From: an uncultured Flavobacteriaceae bacterium
Lineage (GTDB): Bacteria; Bacteroidota; Bacteroidia; Flavobacteriales; Flavobacteriaceae
Direction: 5' to 3'
Length of the DNA: 64,000 bases
Assembly: GCA_964595535.1 (NCBI GenBank)
Contig: CAZQRD010000004.1
Span: 5,071 to 69,070, forward strand
This document shows positions 38,243-46,916 of this stretch, one piece after another (the first letter of the stretch is position 1; each line of letters opens with the position of its first letter). Both the position numbers and the translations under genes were made by a program. Below the pieces are notes generated by a model that worked only from the letters and a program-made list of their open reading frames with translations, was not told the origin of the DNA and ran no database searches.

Positions 38243-39277
38243 ATGTATCAAATAGAGGAACCAAAATATTTTTACTTGTTTATCGCTGTTGCGATCCTAT
38301 TGCTGTTTTATTTTTTCACTTGGTTTTGGAAAAAGAAGAAGCAAAAGGAATTTGCCAATAGTTCCTTAATGAATGAATTAAGTCCGCAAAAATCTGTTTT
38401 TAAACCGGTTTTAAAAATGATCTTTGTGCTATTGAGTTTATCATTTTTGATCATTGCCATGGTCAACCCAAAGATGGGAACTCAACTTAAAACAGTGAAA
38501 AGACAGGGTGTTGATATTGTTTTCGCGCTTGACGTGTCAAAAAGTATGTTAGCCGAAGACATTGCTCCAAACAGATTGGAAAAATCCAAACAGATCATAT
38601 CTAAGATCATTGATAAATTGGGTAGTGACAGGGTTGGAATTATTATATATGCAGGTAATGCCTATCCTTTACTTCCCATCACAACAGATCATGGCGCTGC
38701 GAAGATGTTTTTACAAAATGCCGGTCCTGACATGGTGTCCTCGCAGGGAACTTCAATTAACGAGGCTTTGGAATTGTCTAAAACCTTTTTTGACGATGAT
38801 ACGCAAACCAATCGATTTCTTTTTGTGATATCGGATGGTGAAGATCACGAAGAGAATTCAGGAAAAATTGCGAAAGAAATAGTTGATATAGGAATTAGAA
38901 CTTATACGATCGGTATAGGAACGAATAAAGGGGCCCCAATACCTGTCAATATCAATGGAAAGTTTCAGGGTTACAAGAAAGATAACAAAGACGAAGTTGT
39001 GATCACAAAACTGAATGTTGAGACACTTAAGGATATTGCACAAAATGGAGAAGGAAAGTATATCTATGGTAACAAAACCTCAAAGACCATTGAATACGTT
39101 GAAGAACTTTTGTTAAAGGCTGATAAAAAAGAGTTTGAATCTAAACAGTTTTCCGATTATAAGGATCAGTTCCAATGGTTTATTGGCTTTGGTCTTTTAT
39201 TCTTGGTTTTAGACGCATTCTTGTTGAATAAGAAAACCAAATGGGTACAAAAATTGAATTTGTTTAATGAAAGGTAA
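38243..39277 (+). CDS. batB: BatB vWA protein
   Basis: MVNP, DVSKSMLAEDIAPNRL, ISDGEDHE, DQFQWF. Confidence 0.92.
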   Translation: MYQIEEPKYFYLFIAVAILLLFYFFTWFWKKKKQKEFANSSLMNELSPQKSVFKPVLKMIFVLLSLSFLIIAMVNPKMGTQLKTVKRQGVDIVFALDVSKSMLAEDIAPNRLEKSKQIISKIIDKLGSDRVGIIIYAGNAYPLLPITTDHGAAKMFLQNAGPDMVSSQGTSINEALELSKTFFDDDTQTNRFLFVISDGEDHEENSGKIAKEIVDIGIRTYTIGIGTNKGAPIPVNINGKFQGYKKDNKDEVVITKLNVETLKDIAQNGEGKYIYGNKTSKTIEYVEELLLKADKKEFESKQFSDYKDQFQWFIGFGLLFLVLDAFLLNKKTKWVQKLNLFNER

Positions 39278-40106
39278 AATGAAAAATATCATCTTTATTT
39301 GGATGCTTTTACCCATGGTGCTTTTTGCCCAGGATAAAGAGAAGAAAAAGCAGGAGCCTGTTAAAATAAAACTGGCTGAAAAGCAGATCCTTAGAAAGGG
39401 AAATGATTTGTTTAAACAAAAGCGATATGTTGACGCTGAAGTGAAGTATAAAAAGGCCCTAAAGGAAAATTCTCGTTATGAGACAGCAGGTTATAATCTC
39501 GGTAATGCAGTATATGAACAGAATAGATTCGAAGAAGCGCTGCCTCAATATGAATTAGTTGCCAAGAGCGCAAGTGATAAGGATACCAGAGAGAAATCAT
39601 TTCACAACATTGGTAATGTGATGATGAAGCAGAAGCAGTATGATAAAGCTATTGCCGCGTACAAGAATTCTATGCTGTTGAATCCTAATGACGAGCAAAC
39701 AAGATATAATTTGGCCCTTGCTCAGAAATTGCTGAAAGATCAGCAGAACGAAGAGAATAAAGATCAAAACAAAGATCAGAACAAAGACGAGAATAAAGAC
39801 GAGAATCAGGATCAGAATAGTGAGAACAAAGATCAGAAGAAAGATCAGGGTGAAGATGAGAAGAAAGATCAAGACAAAAATGAAGGAGACAATAAGAATG
39901 ATGAAAGTGATGATAATGAAAAGAATGATCAGCCAAACGAAGGTGATAAAAAGGAACAGCAAAAGCAGCCTGAGCCAAATCAATTGAGTCAACAACAGAT
40001 TGAACAATTACTGGAAGCCATGAATAATGAAGAGAACAAAACACAACAAAAAGTAAATGCCAAAAAGGCTAAAGGGAAAAAAGTAAACCAGGAAAAAGAC
40101 TGGTAA
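39267..40106 (+). CDS. batC: BatC TPR protein with acidic low-complexity tail
   Basis: TPR (YNLGNA, HNIGN, YNLALA), D/Q/N/K-rich linker, C-terminal EKDW. Confidence 0.9.
   Translation: MKGKMKNIIFIWMLLPMVLFAQDKEKKKQEPVKIKLAEKQILRKGNDLFKQKRYVDAEVKYKKALKENSRYETAGYNLGNAVYEQNRFEEALPQYELVAKSASDKDTREKSFHNIGNVMMKQKQYDKAIAAYKNSMLLNPNDEQTRYNLALAQKLLKDQQNEENKDQNKDQNKDENKDENQDQNSENKDQKKDQGEDEKKDQDKNEGDNKNDESDDNEKNDQPNEGDKKEQQKQPEPNQLSQQQIEQLLEAMNNEENKTQQKVNAKKAKGKKVNQEKDW
39756..39815 (+). repeat. Five 12-bp tandem units encoding NKDQ/NKDE-type tetrapeptides in batC
   Basis: aataaagatcaa aacaaagatcag aacaaagacgag aataaagacgag aatcaggatcag. Confidence 0.85.
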
Positions 40107-40157
40107 ATAAAAGTTACTTTTTATCGTTATGAGGAACCGAGAATGCAAGCTTAAAAA

Positions 40158-41918
40158 ATGAAAGGGAAGTATTTATCCATATTGATACTACTGATAACAG
40201 CGCAAAACGTCATCGCACAGGTAACGTTTAAAACGACTGTGAGCAAATCTGAACTAGGGCTTAATGAAAGATTGAGAATCGAATTCTCCATTGACCGTCA
40301 GGGGGGAGATGATTTTACACCACCGGATTTTAAGAATTTCAAAGTACTTGCCGGACCGAGTCAATCGAGTAGTTTTTCATCCATCAATGGAAAAACTTCC
40401 TATAAATTAACCTATACTTATATCCTGCAACCTACCGCCAAGGGGAACTTTACCATACCATCTGCTACTGTCACTTATGACAATCAAGTGATCAAATCCA
40501 ACACCGTTCGGATACGCGTTTCTGACGCCATTGAAATCCCAGAGGATCCGAGCGATCCAAGGTATCTTGCCCAGCAAAATGTACACTTGGTAGCAGAGGT
40601 TTCTGATATGACTCCATACGTGGGTGAAAGCATTACTGTTGTTTTTAAATTGTATGTGGATATCAATGAGGTAAACGTTCAGAACACAAGAGAAGCTTCC
40701 TCTCCATCGTTTAATGGTTTCTGGAACCAGAATATTGAAGTCAAAAAATGGGTTGCAAAGAATGGTACTTATGGAGGCAAACCGCATCGTTATGTTGTGG
40801 TTAGAAAGACAGTTTTAATTCCTCATAAATCTGGAAATCTCGAAATAGAGCCCTTGGAAATGGAAATAACAGCAGGTGTTCCAATCGGAAGAAGAGATTT
40901 TTTTGGAAATATGTTGATGAATGATGTAAGCTTTACCTTGACTTCCGGAAAAAGGAATATCAGGGTCAAGGAGTTGCCATCAGAAAACAAACCGTTTAAC
41001 TTTACAGGGGCCGTTGGTGATTACATATTCAAAGTGACCCCGAGCAAGACTGATTTGAAAGCCAATGAGTCAGCCCAGATAAAGGTTGAATTAAGTGGTG
41101 AAGGAAATCTAAAACTTGTCAAACTACCAGGAATCTCAACCCCAAACGGATTGGAAGTATACGAACCCGAGCACAAGGAAAATATTAGGACCACCGTAAA
41201 TGGACTTTCTGGAAGCGTATATGATCAATATGCCGTTGTTCCTCAGTCAAGAGGGAAATTCAAAATTCCTGGAGTTTCGTTTTCATATTTCAACCCTAAA
41301 GAAGAGAAGTATTATTCCGTTGAAACAGAACCCATCATGTTGAACGCATTACAGGGTAGAGATATATCTGATGAAACTGTGGTTTCCAGCAGACAGGAGG
41401 TTATTATAAACGAGGGAGATATTCGATATATTCAACTAAAAACTGACTTTGTTTCAACCATGAAAGATGAGGATTTCTTTCCATCCGATCTTTTTTACCT
41501 TCTGATGATCCTGCCCTTATTATCGATTCCATTGGGTATTTTTATAGGAAAAAAGAAACGTCAAAGAGACAGTGATATTTTAGGAAATAAGAGGAGAAAG
41601 GCTGATAGGTTGGCAAGAAAATATCTTTCACAGGCTCGAAAACAGCTAGGGAAGAAGGAAGCATTTTATATAGCTTTGGAAAGGGCACTTCACAATTATC
41701 TCAAAGCGAAGTTGCATGTTGAAACTTCAGAGATTTCAAGGGAGAAAATTGCGGATATTCTGAATAAGAGAAAAGTGGATGCCTTAACCATAGAGGAGTT
41801 TGGTAAGGTATTGGAGAATTGCGACTATGCCCGTTATACGCCATCAACGGATGTATTGATGAAGCTGGAATATGAAAATGCGAAAAAAGTTATTGCGAAA
41901 ATTGATAAACAATTGTAG
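40158..41918 (+). CDS. batD: BatD protein
   Basis: Signal peptide, repeated Ig-like domains (FTPPDF..F.VLAGP, GAVG), C-terminal TM and CDYARYTP. Confidence 0.9.
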   Translation: MKGKYLSILILLITAQNVIAQVTFKTTVSKSELGLNERLRIEFSIDRQGGDDFTPPDFKNFKVLAGPSQSSSFSSINGKTSYKLTYTYILQPTAKGNFTIPSATVTYDNQVIKSNTVRIRVSDAIEIPEDPSDPRYLAQQNVHLVAEVSDMTPYVGESITVVFKLYVDINEVNVQNTREASSPSFNGFWNQNIEVKKWVAKNGTYGGKPHRYVVVRKTVLIPHKSGNLEIEPLEMEITAGVPIGRRDFFGNMLMNDVSFTLTSGKRNIRVKELPSENKPFNFTGAVGDYIFKVTPSKTDLKANESAQIKVELSGEGNLKLVKLPGISTPNGLEVYEPEHKENIRTTVNGLSGSVYDQYAVVPQSRGKFKIPGVSFSYFNPKEEKYYSVETEPIMLNALQGRDISDETVVSSRQEVIINEGDIRYIQLKTDFVSTMKDEDFFPSDLFYLLMILPLLSIPLGIFIGKKKRQRDSDILGNKRRKADRLARKYLSQARKQLGKKEAFYIALERALHNYLKAKLHVETSEISREKIADILNKRKVDALTIEEFGKVLENCDYARYTPSTDVLMKLEYENAKKVIAKIDKQL

Positions 41919-41925
41919 TTGAGAA

Positions 41926-42714
41926 ATGTTTAAAAATAGAAGATTGAAAGGTTTATTTTACATTGTACTTGTTGCTTTCTGCACCTTAGCGGGTTCCGGA
42001 ATGCAACTTCATGCTCAGGCTACGGATAGTTTGTTTATAGCAGGAAATAAATTGTATCAGCAAGAAAAATATTTAGAGGCATTACAGGCATATCAGAAAA
42101 TTGAAAAGCAGGATCTTGAGTCTGCTTCTCTTTATTTTAATATGGCGAACATCTATTATAGATCGAATCAGGTTGCCCCTGCGATCTATTATTATGAGAA
42201 AGCCTTGAAACTGGCTCCAAATGATAAGGATATTCTCTTTAATCTGGAATTTGCCAACAGAACGATTCTGGATAATATCGAACCCCTTCCCAGGAGTCTT
42301 TGGCAAAAGTTTATGGATGGAATTGTTTTAAGATTTACCTATGAGACTTGGGCAAAAACTGCTGTAAGTTTGGCTTTTGCATTTGCAGTTTTGTTTCTGA
42401 TGTACCACTTTTCATATAGTACAAGGAAGAAACGCATATATTTTATTACCAGTATTTTATCAGTGATATTTGTGACTATAAGTTTGTTTTTTGCTTTTAG
42501 AAACAAACATCATGTTGATAGCACTACGGAAGCGATCGTATTTTCAACAGAAGTTGAGGTAAAAAGCGCTCCCACAAATTCAAGTGAAGTTTATTTTGAG
42601 CTTCATGAAGGAACCAAGGTTCATATTTTAGAATCTCTTGACAACTGGAAAAAGATCAGGATCGCGGATGGTAAAATGGGCTGGATCAATGCAACAGCGA
42701 TTAAAGAAATCTAA
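41926..42714 (+). CDS. batE: BatE TPR + SH3 protein
   Basis: TPR (YFNMAN, YYEKALKL), TM pair, LHEGTKV...WKKIRIADGKMGW SH3. Confidence 0.9.
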   Translation: MFKNRRLKGLFYIVLVAFCTLAGSGMQLHAQATDSLFIAGNKLYQQEKYLEALQAYQKIEKQDLESASLYFNMANIYYRSNQVAPAIYYYEKALKLAPNDKDILFNLEFANRTILDNIEPLPRSLWQKFMDGIVLRFTYETWAKTAVSLAFAFAVLFLMYHFSYSTRKKRIYFITSILSVIFVTISLFFAFRNKHHVDSTTEAIVFSTEVEVKSAPTNSSEVYFELHEGTKVHILESLDNWKKIRIADGKMGWINATAIKEI

Positions 42715-42776
42715 AATAAATTAGATTCCTTTTTCAAATTTATTTGAATTGTTAACTTTTGTAAATATTTGTGATA

Positions 42777-42812
42777 TAAGCGAGCCCTTCACTTAAGTGA
42801 AGGGCTCGCTTA
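42777..42812. terminator. 36-bp perfect spacer-less palindrome between convergent genes (bidirectional terminator / REP-like)
   Basis: TAAGCGAGCCCTTCACTT followed directly by AAGTGAAGGGCTCGCTTA. Confidence 0.75.
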
Positions 42813-42836
42813 AGTCAAACCTTGACTCATCCAAAA

Positions 42837-43601
42837 TCAAGGTTTAAAACAAACCGGTAAAATTTCTCCTTTTGCTAAACGGTATTTTTCGACAAGTTCA
42901 GGGGGCAATTTTTTAGAATAGTCTATTTCATCCACTTTAAACCCTGCTGCTCTTAATCTATTGAAATAGTCTCTACCGTAAATTCTGACGTGATCATATT
43001 GCCCAAAATGTTTTGCTTTCTCTTCGGGTGTTTGAATAGTATGATCTTCATAGGTTGTTTCCCTCGCTGTTTCCTGAGGAACTTGAAAAATTCCCATTCC
43101 TCCTGATTTCATAACCCTAAAGAGTTCTTTGATTGCCTTAGCGTCATCCTCAATATGTTCCAGCACATGATTGCAGAATATGATATCAAATTGATTGTCT
43201 TCAAATGGCAGCTTGAGAATATCTGCCTTGACATCCACAATAGGAGAATAAAGATCAGCTGTTGTATAGTCAAGGTGTTTCATCTTTTTAAAAAGAGATA
43301 AAAAACATTGCTCAGGGGCCATATGCAAAACCTTTAGGGGCTTTGTGAAAAAAGGGGTCTCGTTTTTAAGATATAACCAAAGCAGACGGTGACGCTCTAA
43401 AGAAAGTGTGCTTGGAGACAATACATTGGGTCTTTGCTCACCATAACCATAAGGTAAAAAACGTCTAAAACTTTTTCCGTCAATAGGATCAGTATATCGA
43501 TCACCTTTCAACCAGATAGAGAGAATTGGACTGGCCAAATAGCTCAATTTGATCAAATAAGGGCGAGGAACAGTATTTAGAACAGATTTAAAGATCTTCA
43601 T
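42837..43601 (-). CDS. Class I SAM-dependent methyltransferase-like protein
   Basis: VLHMAPE, VKADILKLPFEDNQFDIIFCNHVLEHIEDD, GQYDHVRIYG. Confidence 0.85.
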   Translation of the reverse strand: MKIFKSVLNTVPRPYLIKLSYLASPILSIWLKGDRYTDPIDGKSFRRFLPYGYGEQRPNVLSPSTLSLERHRLLWLYLKNETPFFTKPLKVLHMAPEQCFLSLFKKMKHLDYTTADLYSPIVDVKADILKLPFEDNQFDIIFCNHVLEHIEDDAKAIKELFRVMKSGGMGIFQVPQETARETTYEDHTIQTPEEKAKHFGQYDHVRIYGRDYFNRLRAAGFKVDEIDYSKKLPPELVEKYRLAKGEILPVCFKP

Positions 43602-43612
43602 GAAATGCTAGC

Positions 43613-44419
43613 TTAAGATGCCCTGAATTCGTCTTCTTCGTTAGTTTCAATACCCAAAGCTTTATTAACATAGTCAAAGGTAGATAGTAATTCGGGTTTG
43701 CCGTTTACGATAGCCACATCATGCTCAAAATGTGCACTTGGTTTTTCATCGGCTGTTTTGATCGTCCATCCATCGCTAAATTGCCTTATCCTGTGCGTTC
43801 CTAAATTGATCATAGGTTCAATGGCGACTACCATCCCTTCCAGAAATTTCTTTCCCTTGCCCCGTCGGCCGTAGTTCGGCATTTCGGGATCTTCGTGCAT
43901 CTCTCTTCCAAGACCATGTCCAACAAGCTCTCTTACAACTCCATAACCATGGCCTTCAGTGAATTGCTGGATTGCATTACCTACATCACCAACCCTGCTG
44001 CCGGCCTTAAATTGCCTGACACCGAGATAGAGACTTTCTTTAGTAACTTCAAGTAGTTTTTTCGTGTCCTTGTCAATATCTCCCACTGCAAAAGTATAGG
44101 CATGATCACCGTAGAATCCATTCTTCAGAGCACCACAATCAACGGAAATAATGTCTCCTTCTTGCAGCGGTTCTTTATTAGGTATACCATGAACAACTTG
44201 TTCATTCGGACTCATACATAACGTGTTGGGAAAATCGTACAAACCCAAAAACCCAGGCTCCGCGCCATGGTCTCTGATAAACTCTTCAGCAATTTTATCA
44301 AGCTCCAAAGTGCTGATTCCTGGTTTGATCACTTTTGCAATTTCGCCAAGAGTCATCGAAACGATAAGGGCACTTTCTCTGATCAATTCGATCTCCTCAC
44401 GGGTTTTAATTTTTATCAT
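43613..44419 (-). CDS. map: Type I methionine aminopeptidase
   Basis: VVHGIP, SVDCG, GDHAYT, GHGLG, AIEPM, AHFEH. Start refined to 44419. Confidence 0.97.
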   Translation of the reverse strand: MIKIKTREEIELIRESALIVSMTLGEIAKVIKPGISTLELDKIAEEFIRDHGAEPGFLGLYDFPNTLCMSPNEQVVHGIPNKEPLQEGDIISVDCGALKNGFYGDHAYTFAVGDIDKDTKKLLEVTKESLYLGVRQFKAGSRVGDVGNAIQQFTEGHGYGVVRELVGHGLGREMHEDPEMPNYGRRGKGKKFLEGMVVAIEPMINLGTHRIRQFSDGWTIKTADEKPSAHFEHDVAIVNGKPELLSTFDYVNKALGIETNEEDEFRAS

Positions 44420-44498
44420 GGTTTGCATTTGATGCAGTAAAGATACTGTAAAAAGATATTGATCCAAAGCGAATCAATTCTTCAATATAAGGGGGGTT

Positions 44499-45551
44499 TT
44501 ACTTATTTAATACCATTGATATTTTTTCTACAACCATCTCAGGATTAATTGTTTTCATACATTCCTCATAGCCTGTAACAATCTTATTTCCATAAACTGA
44601 AGTAGGTAGGAAAGGATACTTTTCTACATCAGGAAGCAAACTGTTTTCAAGAGGTTGTCTAAATGGAACGAAACCAGCATAAGGATGCGTATTCCCCCAC
44701 ATGGTAATCACTGGAATTCCATACATGGCAGCCATATGACCATTTCCGGAATCCATGCTTATCATCAGGTCAAGATTACTGATAAGAGCCAGTTCCTGAT
44801 CAAAAGTAAGTTTACCGGCAATATTGATACAATTATCGGAAACGGAGGCCAAATTATCTAATTGTTCTACTTCTTTGTCGCCTCCACCGAACAAGAAAAT
44901 TTGGTAATTCTTCTGAAGGATTATATCGATGGCCTCTTTCATTAAATTTAGAGGATACATTTTGGTTTGATACGTTGCAAAAGGAGCAATACCCACCCAT
45001 TTTGACACTTTTTCACCGGTAATTCGCTCAATGTCAAGGGGCATTTTTCTTTTATCCAGTAACGTTACATCAGATAACGATATGGGAAGCTGTAATTTTT
45101 CGCATACTTGTACATGGCGCTCTAAGATGGGTTTTATGGGGGAAATCTCCTTTGTTTTAAGGGCCGTTAATTTTTTCCTTTCTGACCTTCCTTTATTTAA
45201 GGATGATACAGGAATCCTGTTTAATTTAAAAAAAGTTTTAATAACCTTTGATCGCAGAACATCATGCAGGTCGGCAAAAGCATCAATCCCAAGCAGGGAT
45301 AAGTTTTTGTACAACTGATACAAACCAAATAGCCCGGAATTGGAATTTTCAACATCAGCAGCATAAAAATTCACGTCGGGTATAGAAGAAAAAAAAGCTT
45401 TAAAAAGAGGTTTTGACACAACAGTGATCTTCAACTCAGGGTATTGTTGGCGAAGTGCCAAAACTACAGGGACGGTCATGGCTACATCACCAATGGCCGA
45501 CAATCGCATGATCAGGATATGTTTAGGTTGCTTCAATTCATTTTCGGGCAC
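44499..45551 (-). CDS. Glycosyltransferase family 9 (LPS heptosyltransferase-like)
   Basis: RLSAIGDVAM, DLHDVLRS, SMDSGNGHMAA. Confidence 0.92.
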   Translation of the reverse strand: MPENELKQPKHILIMRLSAIGDVAMTVPVVLALRQQYPELKITVVSKPLFKAFFSSIPDVNFYAADVENSNSGLFGLYQLYKNLSLLGIDAFADLHDVLRSKVIKTFFKLNRIPVSSLNKGRSERKKLTALKTKEISPIKPILERHVQVCEKLQLPISLSDVTLLDKRKMPLDIERITGEKVSKWVGIAPFATYQTKMYPLNLMKEAIDIILQKNYQIFLFGGGDKEVEQLDNLASVSDNCINIAGKLTFDQELALISNLDLMISMDSGNGHMAAMYGIPVITMWGNTHPYAGFVPFRQPLENSLLPDVEKYPFLPTSVYGNKIVTGYEECMKTINPEMVVEKISMVLNK

Positions 45552-46140
45552 GAAGCACAGGATTTAAATTATCATCATTGTACATTTTCATCTGCTTATA
45601 TACCTTCATGTATTTATCGCCCTTTTCAAAATCCTCCAACAACTCATCAATTGCCGTGCAGAGATCTTTTTGCTGTTCCAAAAGAATCCGTAATTTTTTA
45701 TCGCAAGAACTTCTATGGGCATTAGATGCATCCGTTCTAGAAGCCTCTTCTCGCATATGGTAGATTTTAAGGGCCAAAATAGATAAGCGGTCATATGCCC
45801 AGGCAGGGCTCTCTGTATTGATCTTAGCACCGTTTTTGACAGAAATGCTTTTGTAAAGATCCAAAAAATAACTATCTACAAATTCGACCATATCTGTTCT
45901 GACTTGATTAGATTTATCAATACGTCTTTTAATTTTTAGTGCTTCCAAGGCATTTATTTCAGGATCACGAATAATATCTTCAAGATGCCATTGCACAGTA
46001 TCTACCCAATTCTTATTGTAAAAAAGATGTTTGATATCTTCTTTGTCATAAGGATTAACAATAGGTGTATCAATGTGATCTTTGCTGTGATAATCTCTAA
46101 TACTTTTCTCAAAAATTGTATAGGCTTGCGTCGAGTTCAT
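45538..46140 (-). CDS. DUF4254-like protein
   Basis: DTVQWHLED, IDKSNQ.RTD.VE, TESPAW..DRLSILALKIYHM, KVYKQMKMYND; overlaps the GT9 start. Confidence 0.85.
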   Translation of the reverse strand: MNSTQAYTIFEKSIRDYHSKDHIDTPIVNPYDKEDIKHLFYNKNWVDTVQWHLEDIIRDPEINALEALKIKRRIDKSNQVRTDMVEFVDSYFLDLYKSISVKNGAKINTESPAWAYDRLSILALKIYHMREEASRTDASNAHRSSCDKKLRILLEQQKDLCTAIDELLEDFEKGDKYMKVYKQMKMYNDDNLNPVLRARK

Positions 46141-46361
46141 TATAAAAATGGATTTTTTACACGTTTGGTTTGGATAAAGTTATTTGACTTCTTTAGGAAA
46201 GTGTATAACTTCAAAAAGGATATAATTATATCTTTTTATAATCCTCTAATAATCCCCGTAAAGATAAGGTAAAAAAGTAAAAAATTTAGAATAGTAAAGG
46301 TCAAAATCGTGTTTAATGATGATACACGAAAGAGATATGATATGATTTTAAAAAGCAAAAT

Positions 46362-46778
46362 TTAGCTTTTGAAAAACCCAAAAAGACCTTTTTTAGACTT
46401 GTGTTCTTTTGGTTTTTCTGTTTTTAATAACTGCTGATATATTTCTCCCCATCCTAGTAGTCCGCCAACATTTCTATCATCAATGAATACATCGGCATTC
46501 ACTTTTCTACTGATACTTCCGTCGAACTTTTCCTCTGGATAGCTCTTGTTTACAGCATAAAATTCAAGACCGTTTTTTTGACAAAAATCAACAGCTTCCT
46601 GTAATCTTTGACCATATCGATAGGTCCACAGGATTAAGCGATGCCCTTTTTGTTGTAATTCGAGCAAAGTGTCAAAGGCGAAAATTTTAGCAGGCCCAAC
46701 TCTTGGATAGTCATCTTCAACTATCGTACCATCGAAATCAACGGCAATCAACAAAGAATTTTTAGGTAACATTTTCAT
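46362..46778 (-). CDS. BT0820-like HAD-superfamily hydrolase
   Basis: AVDFDGTIV, LWTYR, ADVFIDDRN. Confidence 0.88.
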   Translation of the reverse strand: MKMLPKNSLLIAVDFDGTIVEDDYPRVGPAKIFAFDTLLELQQKGHRLILWTYRYGQRLQEAVDFCQKNGLEFYAVNKSYPEEKFDGSISRKVNADVFIDDRNVGGLLGWGEIYQQLLKTEKPKEHKSKKGLFGFFKS

Positions 46779-46916
46779 CTCGAAATTTTATCAAAGCTAA
46801 GGATTATAGCTGCTTAATTCAAATAATAGACTTTCTTTAAAAACAATTTAACATATACTTAAACGGCTAATTGTTCTTTTTCGTACTCAATTCGTTATTT
46901 TATCTTTCTTGAATTT

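Noticed and set aside
39597-40044. Hydrophobic I/L/F-rich and other antisense ORFs opposite batC
   Set aside because: Artefacts of the purine-rich low-complexity BatC linker
34249-42714. moxR-DUF58-batA-E cluster as a novel system
   Set aside because: Already described (Bacteroides aerotolerance operon); standard order here
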